From contig JABFRO010000003.1 of assembly GCA_013141125.1 (NCBI GenBank), positions 46,458 through 110,457 of the forward strand: DNA of 64,000 nt. Reading direction: 5' to 3'. The DNA comes from Methylophilaceae bacterium (lineage in GTDB: Bacteria; Pseudomonadota; Gammaproteobacteria; Burkholderiales; Methylophilaceae). Shown here piece after piece: positions 39,560 to 48,724 of this stretch (position 1 is its first letter; each line of letters begins with the position of its first letter). Position numbers and translations under genes: made by a program. Under the pieces are notes generated by a model. It searched no databases. It saw only the letters and a list, made by a program, of their open reading frames with translations, and was not told the DNA's origin.

Positions 39560-39694
39560 GCGAGCTGTATGTGTTGATCTTCTCATCCGGTGCAATCCGT
39601 TACGATTTTTTCGATCTGTTTCGATATTGCCAAATGTGAAATCTTGAAAGATGGATCCGCGCTGCAATCCGCCATGCCAATAGCTCATTAAAAC

Positions 39695-42474
39695 TCACAT
39701 CTGCCTTGTAATCACCGCCACCGGCGGTGCCCAGGCATCGCCGGGACGTTTTTTGTGGGTGACCAGGGTTAGTTGTGAGGGGTCGTAGACGTTGACGTTG
39801 TGGGTGATGGGCGAGGTGATGAGGTATTGCGCGCGGGTGGCCTTGAGGAAGGCGCTGACGCGGTCTATGTTGAAAATATCCAGATGCGCGAAAGGTTCAT
39901 CAATGAACACAAAGCCGCTGGATTGATCTTCGTCCATCATCAGGCCGATCAGCAATATCAGCGATTTCATCACTTGCTGGCCGCCGCTGGCCTCGCCGTC
40001 GTTCATGCCCATCATGCCTTTGCTGTCAAAGTTGAAATTGACCTCCAGCCCGGCCTGCGCGAGTGCCAGATCATCGTTTTCCAAAGGCGGTAATTCGCCG
40101 TGCACTACGATGCCGGCCAGCTCGCCCAGGTGGCGTATGTTTTTGAGATATTGGCGCACTGTGGCTCTCAAGACATTGATGTATTCACCGCGCGCGCCAT
40201 CGGTGAGCGATTGCGCGCGCTGGTTATCGGCGCGGCGCTGGTCATTTTCTTTCTGCATGGTGGTAAATTCATTCTGAAATTTGGCCAGCAGTAAAATTAC
40301 TGCGTCGTCGGTTTCCCATTGTTCGCTGTTGAATCTGTTCACCAGCTCGTTGATTCTGAAGCGTACATGGGTGGCATCGCCATAGCGTTGTTTCAAGGCT
40401 TCCTGTTCAATTTTGTTGAACCAGTGTTGTGGCCGTTTGGCTCTATCCTGACGAAATAGCTGTATGCGCTTGATCTGTTCTTCACGCGGGTTGCGCAGAT
40501 TTTCCTGCAAATCGGTGATTTTTTTATTCAGATCGGTCAGTTGTTGCAGGGTTTTGCTGAGCTGTTTATCGGCGGCATGACGTGCCTCATTGGTGCTGGT
40601 TTTAGCGCTATCGGCACTGGCCAGTTGTTGGCCGGCGGTTTGCACTTCGGTGTGCAGGGCGGCTAATTTTTGCTCGGCATCGCCAAATTCATCGGCGCGA
40701 ATTTCCAGCATTTGCGCGGCGTTAATGCCTTTGAGCAAGCCGTCATTGTGCTGCACTTTTTGCCGCAGGGTGAGGCTTTGCTGTTCCAATCGGTTTAATT
40801 GCTGATTCAGCACAGATTCTTCATTGGCGGCGGCTTCCAGGCGCGCGCTTTTGGCCGATTCGCCAAATTGATAATCCTGCTTGGCGATGCCGATATGGCG
40901 GCCGCCACGGCGTTCGCGCTGATAGCCATCACGCGTAATCCAATCTTGTGCGGCGGGTAAATCACGGCCTTGGGCAATATGGGCCACGCGTTGAATGCGG
41001 TTGAGCAGATTGGCCAGCCAGGCGGGCGGCAGACTGCTGAAGCTGACCACTTCCAGCAAGGAGCCAGCCAGCGCGGCAGGTACTTCGGCCTGGTCGCTGC
41101 TGATAAAATGCCGGTAGTTCAAACGCTCGCCGATTTGCCAGGCCGCAATTTTATCCGCTTCCCGGCGCAGTAAAATCAAATGGCGATAAGGTGCCAGCAC
41201 TGCTTCCAGTGCAGATTGCCAGCCGGTGTCGGTGACTTCAATAATATCCGGCAATAAACGGTGGGCAATATTGGTTTCATCCAGTGCGGTGCGTACCTGA
41301 TTAACAAAGCCGGGGGAGGGCGCTTTGCCGCTACGTAGCGCGGCAATCAATGACGTGCATTCGGCGCGGCGTTCACGCAGGTTGCGCATTTCGGCTTCCA
41401 GCGTTGCCAGTTGTTGCCGTGCCTGGCCCAGTTCTTCGGCCAGTTTTGCGGTGTCCTGGCTGGCTTCGCTTTGGCATAAACGGCGCAGTTTTTCGCGCTC
41501 ATCCAGCACGGCCTGTGTTTTTATTTGCTGTTCGCGTAGCTGGGCAAACCGTTCGCTCGCCGCTTTATATTCCGCATTGGCGCGGTTTTCCTGTTGCTCA
41601 GCAGCTGTCAGTGCGGCTTCCTGCGCGCTATGCAGTTGGCGCGTCTGCTCTGCATCTTGCACACGATCACGCAATTGGCGGCGCTGGCCGCGTAGCTGGT
41701 TTTGCGCGCCGGAAATGGAATCCCTCAGCTCAATCAGGCGCAGGCGCGGCAGCGTTTCTGTTTCCAGCGCGCGTTGTTCGCGTTGCAAATTCTCCCATTC
41801 ACGGTAGCGATTAACGCGCGAAGTGTATTTTTCCACCTGATTATCCAGCGCCGTCAGCTGCACATCCATGGCCTGCAATTCGCGCTCGGTTTCGCGCTGC
41901 TGGGTTTTGGCTTCGGTATAGGCCTCCAGAATCTGTTTGTCACCAAACACCTGAAACACCAAGTCGAGCAAGGCTTTGGGCGAATATTCGCACAGCTTGT
42001 CGGTATCGCCTTGCTCCAGCGCCAGCACTTCGGCAATGGCGGCAGACAAGCCCAGCCGCCGTTTATAATCTTTCACGCCCAGCCATTCGGCGTTTTTTTC
42101 CAGGTCTTCAATGGCAATGTTGCCGGGGACGATCAAATATTGGCGTTGCCAATCGCCGCCTTGTTTGCGGATGCGGCAGGCCAGCGTGACTTCGTCCTCC
42201 ATAATCGGAAAAAATGGATGGCGTTGATTGGCAATGCGGCGGTTATCCACCACCGCACGTAGCCAGGCAAAGGATTCATTGGAGCGGCGCACATAGCGTT
42301 TGTAATCGCGCTTGCCCGAGCAATCCAGCCCAACAGCGTGCGCAGTGCGTCCAGTAGCGTGGTTTTGCCGGAACCGTTGGGGCCGACGATGGTGATAATC
42401 TGCGTATCCAGCGGCAAACTGAAGCGTTGCCAAAAATCCCAGTGCACCAGTTCCAGCGAGCGAAAATTGAACAT
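39695..42474 (-). pseudogene. SMC-like ATPase (MksB/JetC-like), disrupted by a 1-nt frameshift near 42328-42332
   Basis: Walker A GPNGSGKTT sits in one frame (ORF 42133-42474). The rest sits in the 977-aa ORF frame from LDCSGKRDYKRY onward. It has coiled coils, a hinge-like LPDIIEVTDTGWQSALEAVLAPYRHLILL, signature ASGGQQ and Walker B FVFIDEPFAHLD. Length is 2780 nt, which is 3n-1. Confidence 0.8.
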
Positions 42475-43178
42475 CAGATGCTCTCCTCGTCTGACTCAAT
42501 TTCAGCTGGCGCTGATTCGTCCGTGTAATTTTCATCAATCCCGGTGCTGATAATGGGTTTTGCCAATAACTCGGCCAGCGCGCCTTCAATAATGCGGCCT
42601 TCCATGGTGGGGTAATCCAGCAAAACATCCAGCATATGGCCTTCCAGTATCATGCCTTTGCGCCGGATGACAAAGCCCAACCTGGCCAGCACGCCCAGAT
42701 TGACATTGATGCGCATCTTGCCGCCCAGCTTGTCACCAAAATCGGCCATCAGTGTGCTTTCAAGAATGCCGCTGGAAACCTCCTCACCGCGCGGCATGGG
42801 CTTGTCGGCGGCAAACATATCGTCCTGATTCTCGCTATCGCGCGATTTGCGCCCGGTTTGGCGCTCGCGTTTGGGCAAGATAATTAGCGCCCATAACACC
42901 ACCAGCAAAGCCACACCATCGCGCTGCAAACCCATATTGTTATTGAGCCAGGTTTCGCCGCCGCCAAACACGACGTTTTCCGCCTCGCGCAATAAACCCA
43001 GCGCCACATGATCGGCATAAGGGTTATCCAGCAAGCATAAACCGCAAGCCGCCAAGCGCGTTTCCAGCTCCAGACGAAAACCCTCATCCGTAAGCGAACG
43101 CCGCACCAGCTTATCCTCGCGCGGCAGACTGCGATGCGCCAACAACCGCGCGATTAAGGTTTGTATATCTCGTTCCAA
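42474..43178 (-). CDS. MukE/MksE (JetB)-like subunit
   Basis: 234 aa. wHTH-like LGVLARLGFVIRRKG, a hydrophobic LLVVLWALIIL block and an acidic tail. The stop overlaps the ATPase start (TGATG). Assigned from context and remembered MukE features, not from a search. Confidence 0.55.
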   Translation of the reverse strand: MERDIQTLIARLLAHRSLPREDKLVRRSLTDEGFRLELETRLAACGLCLLDNPYADHVALGLLREAENVVFGGGETWLNNNMGLQRDGVALLVVLWALIILPKRERQTGRKSRDSENQDDMFAADKPMPRGEEVSSGILESTLMADFGDKLGGKMRINVNLGVLARLGFVIRRKGMILEGHMLDVLLDYPTMEGRIIEGALAELLAKPIISTGIDENYTDESAPAEIESDEESI

Positions 43179-43218
43179 AAGGCTTTCCTAATTAATTCTG
43201 TTGTGTAATCAATGCTAA

Positions 43219-44508
43219 TTATGGTTTGTTGGCTAGCGGCATCAACATGCCGTTACTGATGCTGGCCACGCCATCACGATTAACGGCGATGTGTTCCTGT
43301 TGCAGCTTTAGCGCAATGGGTAATTGCGCAAATTTGGCTACCGCGCCGCTGGAATGTTGCGATTCGGTTTCGCTATTGAGCAAGGCCAGCAGCGAGAATC
43401 TATAGGCGGCATGCGCATAGCCGCCGCCCACCACGGCATCCTGCAAGGGCGTGTTATGCGTGATGAGCGACAGGGTGTCATGAAAGCTTTCCAGCAATTC
43501 CAGACGCAGAGTTTGCGTGTTTTCCTGCTGCGGTGCTGCGCTGGCGGGTGGCAAATGGCTGGCAGCGGCTTTTTCGCGCTCGCGTTCCAGCAGCTCGAAT
43601 TCTGCGCTATCCAGCATTTCTTGTTCGGTGACAAATAAGGGTTCAGGATGCGCCCACACCGAGCCGATGGCCAGATCGGCGATATGCTCCAGAGCACAGC
43701 CGCGCAGCCAGCTGGAAATATCCGAAGAAGACAAACCGCTATCACCCAGATGCACGCGTTGCCGCTCCAGACTGATGAGCGCGCGGCTGAAAACCCCGGT
43801 CATGCGCAACATGCGGCTTTGTGCCTGGGCGATGCTTTGCGCAATGCGCCAGGCAGAAGTTCCCAATTCGCCGTTGGCATTAAGGTTGTGGATAATTTCC
43901 GTGCCTTTTTCCACCCACTTCCACACCGATTCCAGCTTGGTTTGCGCGCGTTTCAAGCGAAATTCTGAGCCGGACAGCACCGCCTGATCGAATTCATTTT
44001 GCAATTCGGTCAGCCGCCCCAGCAAATGTTGCAGCGTTTCTGTCGATACACGGCCTATGGCTTGCCCCGCCGCCACTTGCGCGGTGATAAAGCCCAGCTC
44101 GGCATCTTCTTCCCCCGCCAGTTCCAGCACATTCGCCAGAGCCGCCAGCGCAATGCGTCCGGCGGGGGATAGTTGATACAGCCTGTCTTCAGCGTCCCAT
44201 ACCAGCAATTCATTATCGCGCAAGCGCCCGAGCACGGTTTGCAGCTTGACCGTATCCAGATAAGCAAAATGCGCCTGCAACTCCTGCGCACTCCAGCTCG
44301 GCGCATCCGCCCGTGCGCCGATTTCACGCAACACCAGCAGCCGAATCAAAACCTCATCACTACCACCACGAAACAAAGTGATAAACGCATTCAGCGTGTC
44401 ATGCGCGCGCAGCAATGGGTAGAGCGCTGGCAAATCGCCGGTTTCAATACCGGGGGCGAAAAATGCGCTGAGATCGGGGCTGGGGGGGGAAGGAGGCAGG
44501 ACTGCCAT
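43219..44508 (-). CDS. kleisin-like MukF/MksF (JetA)-like subunit
   Basis: 429 aa. N-terminal wHTH-like LGRLRDNELLVWDAEDRLYQLSPAGRIAL and a long helical middle. First gene of the three-gene module. Confidence 0.55.
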   Translation of the reverse strand: MAVLPPSPPSPDLSAFFAPGIETGDLPALYPLLRAHDTLNAFITLFRGGSDEVLIRLLVLREIGARADAPSWSAQELQAHFAYLDTVKLQTVLGRLRDNELLVWDAEDRLYQLSPAGRIALAALANVLELAGEEDAELGFITAQVAAGQAIGRVSTETLQHLLGRLTELQNEFDQAVLSGSEFRLKRAQTKLESVWKWVEKGTEIIHNLNANGELGTSAWRIAQSIAQAQSRMLRMTGVFSRALISLERQRVHLGDSGLSSSDISSWLRGCALEHIADLAIGSVWAHPEPLFVTEQEMLDSAEFELLEREREKAAASHLPPASAAPQQENTQTLRLELLESFHDTLSLITHNTPLQDAVVGGGYAHAAYRFSLLALLNSETESQHSSGAVAKFAQLPIALKLQQEHIAVNRDGVASISNGMLMPLANKP

Positions 44509-45765
44509 TTACCCGCGCACTTCGCCATTCCCCAGCACAATATATTTCACGCTGGTCAACCCTTCTAGGCCGACCGGGCCGCGTGCGTGGAGTTTATCGG
44601 TGGAGATGCCGATTTCCGCGCCCAGGCCGTATTCAAAGCCGTCGGCAAATCTAGTAGAGGCGTTGACCATGACCGAGCTGGAATCCACTTCACGCAGGAA
44701 TCTTCTGGCGTAGGTATAGTTTTCGGTGACGATGGCTTCGGTATGTTGCGAGGAATACTGGTTGATATGTGCAATGGCTGCGTCCAGTCCGTCCACCACT
44801 TTGCAGGAGATAATCGCGGCCAAGTATTCGGTGTAGTAATCCTCATCGGTTGCGGCTTGGGCTTGCGGCACTAATGCGCAGGTTTCCGAACAGCCACGGA
44901 TTTCCGTGCCTTTGGCGCTCAGCATGGCGGCGATTTTTGGCAGCATAGCGGCGGCCACGCTGCGCGCAACCAGCAAGGACTCCGCCGTGTTGCAGGTGCC
45001 TAGACGCTGGGTTTTGGAGTTTTCAATAATGCGTAGCGCCTTGGCGAAATCCGCGTCGTCATCCACATACACATGGCAATTGCCATCCAGATGTTTGATG
45101 ACGGGAATGCGTGCTTCGGCGGAAATGCGCGCTATCAGCCCCTTGCCACCGCGCGGCACGATGACATCGACGTATTCCTGCATGGTAATCAGCTCGCCGA
45201 CGGCGGCTCTGTCCGTGGTTTCCACCACTTGCACGGCGCTGGCAGGCAAACCTGCTGCCGCCAAGCCTTCATGCACCAGTTTTGCCAGCGCTTGATTGCA
45301 GTTTATCGCCTCGGAACCGCCGCGCAAAATGGCGGCATTGCCGGATTTGATGCATAGCCCGGCGGCATCCACGGTCACATTGGGGCGCGCTTCGTAAATA
45401 ATGCCGATAACCCCCAGCGGCACCCGCATATTGCCCACCTGTATGCCGGAAGGCCGATATTTGAGGTTGCTGATTTCGCCGATAGGGTCGGTCAGTGCGG
45501 CGATTTGCTCCAGACCTTCGGCCATGGTGGCGATGGATTTTTCCGATAAGGCCAGTCTATCCAGCAGCGCTTCTTCCAAGCCTGCCGCGCGCGCGGCTTG
45601 CATATCCAAAAGATTGGCCGCCAGCAGCGCCGATTTCTCGCGGCGAATCGCCTGCGCTATCGTCACCAGCGCCAGATTTTTGGCATTGGTCTCCGCCCGT
45701 GCCATCAAGCGTGAAGCGGCACGCGCCTTCGCGCCTAGTTGTTGCATGTATTGTTTAATCGCCAT
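44509..45765 (-). CDS. proA: glutamate-5-semialdehyde dehydrogenase
   Basis: [31 protein letters not shown] motifs. The internal ATG ([11 protein letters not shown]) is preferred. Confidence 0.95.
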   Translation of the reverse strand: MAIKQYMQQLGAKARAASRLMARAETNAKNLALVTIAQAIRREKSALLAANLLDMQAARAAGLEEALLDRLALSEKSIATMAEGLEQIAALTDPIGEISNLKYRPSGIQVGNMRVPLGVIGIIYEARPNVTVDAAGLCIKSGNAAILRGGSEAINCNQALAKLVHEGLAAAGLPASAVQVVETTDRAAVGELITMQEYVDVIVPRGGKGLIARISAEARIPVIKHLDGNCHVYVDDDADFAKALRIIENSKTQRLGTCNTAESLLVARSVAAAMLPKIAAMLSAKGTEIRGCSETCALVPQAQAATDEDYYTEYLAAIISCKVVDGLDAAIAHINQYSSQHTEAIVTENYTYARRFLREVDSSSVMVNASTRFADGFEYGLGAEIGISTDKLHARGPVGLEGLTSVKYIVLGNGEVRG

Positions 45766-45812
45766 TTTTTTAACTTTAAATTGGGTTGGTTGAACAGTTG
45801 CCGACAAAAGTT

Positions 45813-46052
45813 TCAATCAAGTCGGTCAAATTCTTCGGTTTTAAGCGCAGGCACTTTGGCCAAAGCCTGATCGAACGCCGCCCGCGATCCGCGCAATGCG
45901 CGTGATTTGAGATAGCTTTCTGTGGTCAAGGCCGCTACTTTTTCTGCCACTGCGGTGGCAATGAATTGATTAAGTGAGACATTATCTTCTTCGGCAACAT
46001 CTTTGGCCATTTTGTGTAAAGATTCCGATAAACGTACACTAAGTACACTCAT
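45813..46052 (-). CDS. ribbon-helix-helix-type antitoxin
   Basis: [39 protein letters not shown]. Overlaps the PIN gene by 4 nt (ATGA). Confidence 0.7.
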   Translation of the reverse strand: MSVLSVRLSESLHKMAKDVAEEDNVSLNQFIATAVAEKVAALTTESYLKSRALRGSRAAFDQALAKVPALKTEEFDRLD

Positions 46053-46453
46053 AAATTCTCCAATAGTTTTAGTAAGCCTCGCGGAGTTTCGACTGTTAGT
46101 CCAAATTGTGCAGCTGGTACAAAGTCTTTCAGGTTCCAGGTAATAATCATGGCATTGGTTTTTACCGCCAATTCCAGTATGTGGTCGTCTTGCGGGTCGC
46201 GCAAGACAGGCCGCCATAAATAAAAAATTCCGTGCTTCTCCGAGATGTGGCAGAGATAATCAACGACGGCCTCCACATCGGTATCGCTTAAAGATTTATT
46301 ACGCTTTAATGCCGCCTCGTATTCCAGCACTAGGGGTGTTGAAATGTGTAATTGCAATGACGTTTGATCTATTCGTTGCAATAGCCGGTAGGATGCGCCT
46401 AGTGACGACCTTATCGCGGAAAATAATACGTTGGTATCCAGAATAATATTCAT
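46049..46453 (-). CDS. PIN-domain toxin
   Basis: MNIILDTNVLFSAI N-terminus; acidic residues spaced as in PIN nucleases. Confidence 0.8.
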   Translation of the reverse strand: MNIILDTNVLFSAIRSSLGASYRLLQRIDQTSLQLHISTPLVLEYEAALKRNKSLSDTDVEAVVDYLCHISEKHGIFYLWRPVLRDPQDDHILELAVKTNAMIITWNLKDFVPAAQFGLTVETPRGLLKLLENL

Positions 46454-46592
46454 TATTTGGTATTATATGCAATACCGTTAAATTTGCAAATTCAAGGTGA
46501 ATGTTACCGTGATTAAATTTGAATGGTTGCGTTAGTCAATATTAAAAAGTTAATTAAACCATTAGCTTAAAGGCATTAAGGTGGGTAATTTT

Positions 46593-47128
46593 ATGCAAAG
46601 TCCACATCTGAATTCCGCCGAAATTTGTCTGCGACCATTTCACGCCAGTGATGCAGATGCATTTGTAATTGCAACACGTGAGTCGGTTGTCAGTGTGGTT
46701 CCCTGGTTGCCGTGGTGTCATAGTGAATATTCGGTTGCTGAAGCCCAACAGTGATTTGCTCGTTGTGCGCAAAGGCTGGAGGAAGAATCTGCTTATGAGT
46801 TCGGTATATTTTCTGCGGATGGTTCTGAACTGATCGGTGGTATCGGTCTGAACGAGTTCAGAAAGCAGCATCAGCTCTGTAACTTGGGTTATTGGGTGCG
46901 AACGTTATGGCAACGGCGCGGTATTGCCACTCAAGCGATCCATTTGCTGGCTGAGTTTGGCTTTCAAGAGCTGGGCCTTACTCGTATTGAGATTGTGGTC
47001 GCAGAAGGCAACGAGGTCAGCACCGGGGTGGCAAAAAATCCGCCGCCATTTTTGAAGCTTATGCCCGCAATCGTCTGGTTTTGCATGGCAAGCCTATAAC
47101 AGCGGCGGTGTATGCACTCATTGCATAA
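46593..47128 (+). pseudogene. GNAT (RimJ/RimL-like) N-acetyltransferase with an in-frame TGA and a 3' frameshift
   Basis: Own translation: ...HSEYSVAEAQQ*FARCAQRL...NLGYWVRTLWQRRGIATQAI...RIEIVVAEGNEVS, then a frame change to ...AAIFEAYARNRLVLHGKPITAAVYALIA*. The TGA is at 46752-46754. Confidence 0.75.
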
Positions 47129-47186
47129 GCTTGTAGATCAATCCTGTCAGGCGGATGCACCATGCAATCCGCCTCGAATTAATTTA

Positions 47187-47522
47187 CTATGCCGTTAAAT
47201 CTACCGTCTCCGCTTCAGGAGCATTTTTCTTGACCGATTCGATGCCGTTATCGCGGCTGGCTTCGGATTCGTACATTTGGCTTTGGCCTATGATTTGATG
47301 ATTGGCGGCTTTCAGCACAAAGTAAGGTTTCTCGTTACTGGAGGTGAGGCGCTCAAAGCGGGCTTCATCGCTGCCATTTTTTTTCACGGATTCAATGCCA
47401 TTTTCAGCGCTGGCTCTGGTTTTGTACATTTCACTTTGCAGAATAATCTGCCCGTTGCCTGCCAGCAGGCTGAAGTGAAAATCACCATTTTTTGCCGACT
47501 TTAATTCGAATTTTCCAGCCAT
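47187..47522 (-). CDS. YegP-family (tandem DUF1508) protein
   Basis: Two repeats ...F.L.A.NGQII..S..Y....S..NGIESVKKN. Confidence 0.85.
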   Translation of the reverse strand: MAGKFELKSAKNGDFHFSLLAGNGQIILQSEMYKTRASAENGIESVKKNGSDEARFERLTSSNEKPYFVLKAANHQIIGQSQMYESEASRDNGIESVKKNAPEAETVDLTA

Positions 47523-47617
47523 GTTGCTCTCCTGTGGGGTTGCGAAAGGTTTGACCGATGCATTTTACATTTAACCCGTAAACAACTGGCAGAATCAAGA
47601 ATGTTTTACCTGTAAAT

Positions 47618-48394
47618 TTAGCCTGCCTGCAAATGATTAATGGCTTTTAATCCTTCGTTGATGAGCTGTTCCAGTGGCAGTTCCATTCTGGGCATGGCCA
47701 GCGCGATGACGATGAAGCCTATGCCTATGGTGATGGGGAAGCCGATGCCGAACAGATTCAATTGCGGGGCGGAGCGGCTGAGTATGCCCAGCGCGAGGTT
47801 GGTCATCAACAGGGCGGCGATAATGGGCAGTGATAAATGCAGCCCGGCACTGAAGATGATTTCAGCCCAGGTGACGATATTAATCAGGTGCAAGCCATGC
47901 GCCGGGTCTATCACGATGGGCAAATTGGTGAAGCTTTCGGCCAAGGCTAAAATCAGCATCAAATGCCCATTAATGCTAAGAAACAGCAGGGTAGCGATAA
48001 TGGTGAATAACTGGCTGACGGCGATGGTCTGGCCTTGCGATTGCGGATCATAAAAGCTGGCAAAGCCCAAGCCCATGGTGGCACCGCTGATTTGCCCGGC
48101 CAATTCGATGGCGGCAAAAATCAGGCGCATGGTAAAGCCCATGGCAATGCCGATAATGAGCTGCTGCACCAAGACCAGCAGGCCTTCCAGTGAAATAATA
48201 TTGAAAGCTGCCAGCGGCGGCAGCATGGGCGCGATGGCCAATGCTATGACTATCCCCAGGCTGAGTTTGATGGTGGGCGGAATAGCCGCATGGCTGAATA
48301 CCGGGGCGATGGCGATTAAACCCAGCACCCGGGTGAGAGGTAATAACAGGCCATTGATCCAGGTTTGCAGGACTTCGCTGCTGATGGAAATCAT
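47618..48394 (-). CDS. fliR: flagellar export apparatus protein FliR
   Basis: Polytopic membrane protein downstream of fliQ. Confidence 0.9.
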   Translation of the reverse strand: MISISSEVLQTWINGLLLPLTRVLGLIAIAPVFSHAAIPPTIKLSLGIVIALAIAPMLPPLAAFNIISLEGLLVLVQQLIIGIAMGFTMRLIFAAIELAGQISGATMGLGFASFYDPQSQGQTIAVSQLFTIIATLLFLSINGHLMLILALAESFTNLPIVIDPAHGLHLINIVTWAEIIFSAGLHLSLPIIAALLMTNLALGILSRSAPQLNLFGIGFPITIGIGFIVIALAMPRMELPLEQLINEGLKAINHLQAG

Positions 48395-48415
48395 GGCGGC
48401 AGTGGTAGCGTAGAC

Positions 48416-48685
48416 TTACCCAGCCAGTGCCGGAATGCTGGTGAAAACATGGCGCATGTAATCCAGCATCTCGGTCAGCATCCACGGCCCGGCGAATACC
48501 AGCGCGGCAAACACCCCCACCAGCTTGGGGATGAAAGAAAGCGTGGCTTCATTGATTTGTGTGGCCGCTTGAAAAATGCTTACCAGCAAGCCGATGATGA
48601 GCGCTACCAGCAGCATGGGCGCGGAAATCAGCAGCGTGACTTCCATGGCTTGCCGCCCTATATCCATTACGCTTGCGGGATTCAT
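48416..48685 (-). CDS. fliQ: flagellar export apparatus protein FliQ
   Basis: 89 aa; ...LLVSIFQAATQINEATLSFIPK. Confidence 0.9.
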   Translation of the reverse strand: MNPASVMDIGRQAMEVTLLISAPMLLVALIIGLLVSIFQAATQINEATLSFIPKLVGVFAALVFAGPWMLTEMLDYMRHVFTSIPALAG

Positions 48686-48724
48686 GTGCAGTCTCCTTTT
48701 GAAATCACATACAGCCAAATCGGT

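Noticed and set aside
39456-39647. 63-aa ORF in the spacer
   Set aside because: It is translated through the REP inverted repeat (the PDNATLIPPT-type peptide typical of REP artefacts).
39125-39694. Hidden jetD/mksG gene downstream of the ATPase
   Set aside because: No ORF of adequate length exists on either strand. Remnants cannot be excluded without a tBLASTn search.
41325-41814. Two overlapping plus-strand ORFs of 154-160 aa
   Set aside because: They are antisense to the coiled-coil region of the ATPase, with Arg/Ser/Ala-rich low-complexity translations.
42320-42340. Programmed ribosomal frameshifting in the SMC-like ATPase
   Set aside because: There is no X XXY YYZ slippery heptamer or obvious downstream structure. 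A mutation or homopolymer error is the simpler explanation.
42475-42628. N-terminal 51 residues of the 977-aa ORF (MFCWITPPWK...)
   Set aside because: This part is out of frame over the MukE-like gene. The true N-terminus with the Walker A motif is in the ORF starting at 42474, and the long ORF is an artefact of the frameshift.
46752-46754. TGA read as Trp (alternative genetic code) in the GNAT gene
   Set aside because: TGA clearly terminates other genes here (for example the L,D-transpeptidase at 255-257 and the MukE-like gene at 42474-42476). The same gene also needs a frameshift.
46554-46871. 105-aa minus-strand ORF
   Set aside because: It is antisense to the GNAT pseudogene and has no motif.
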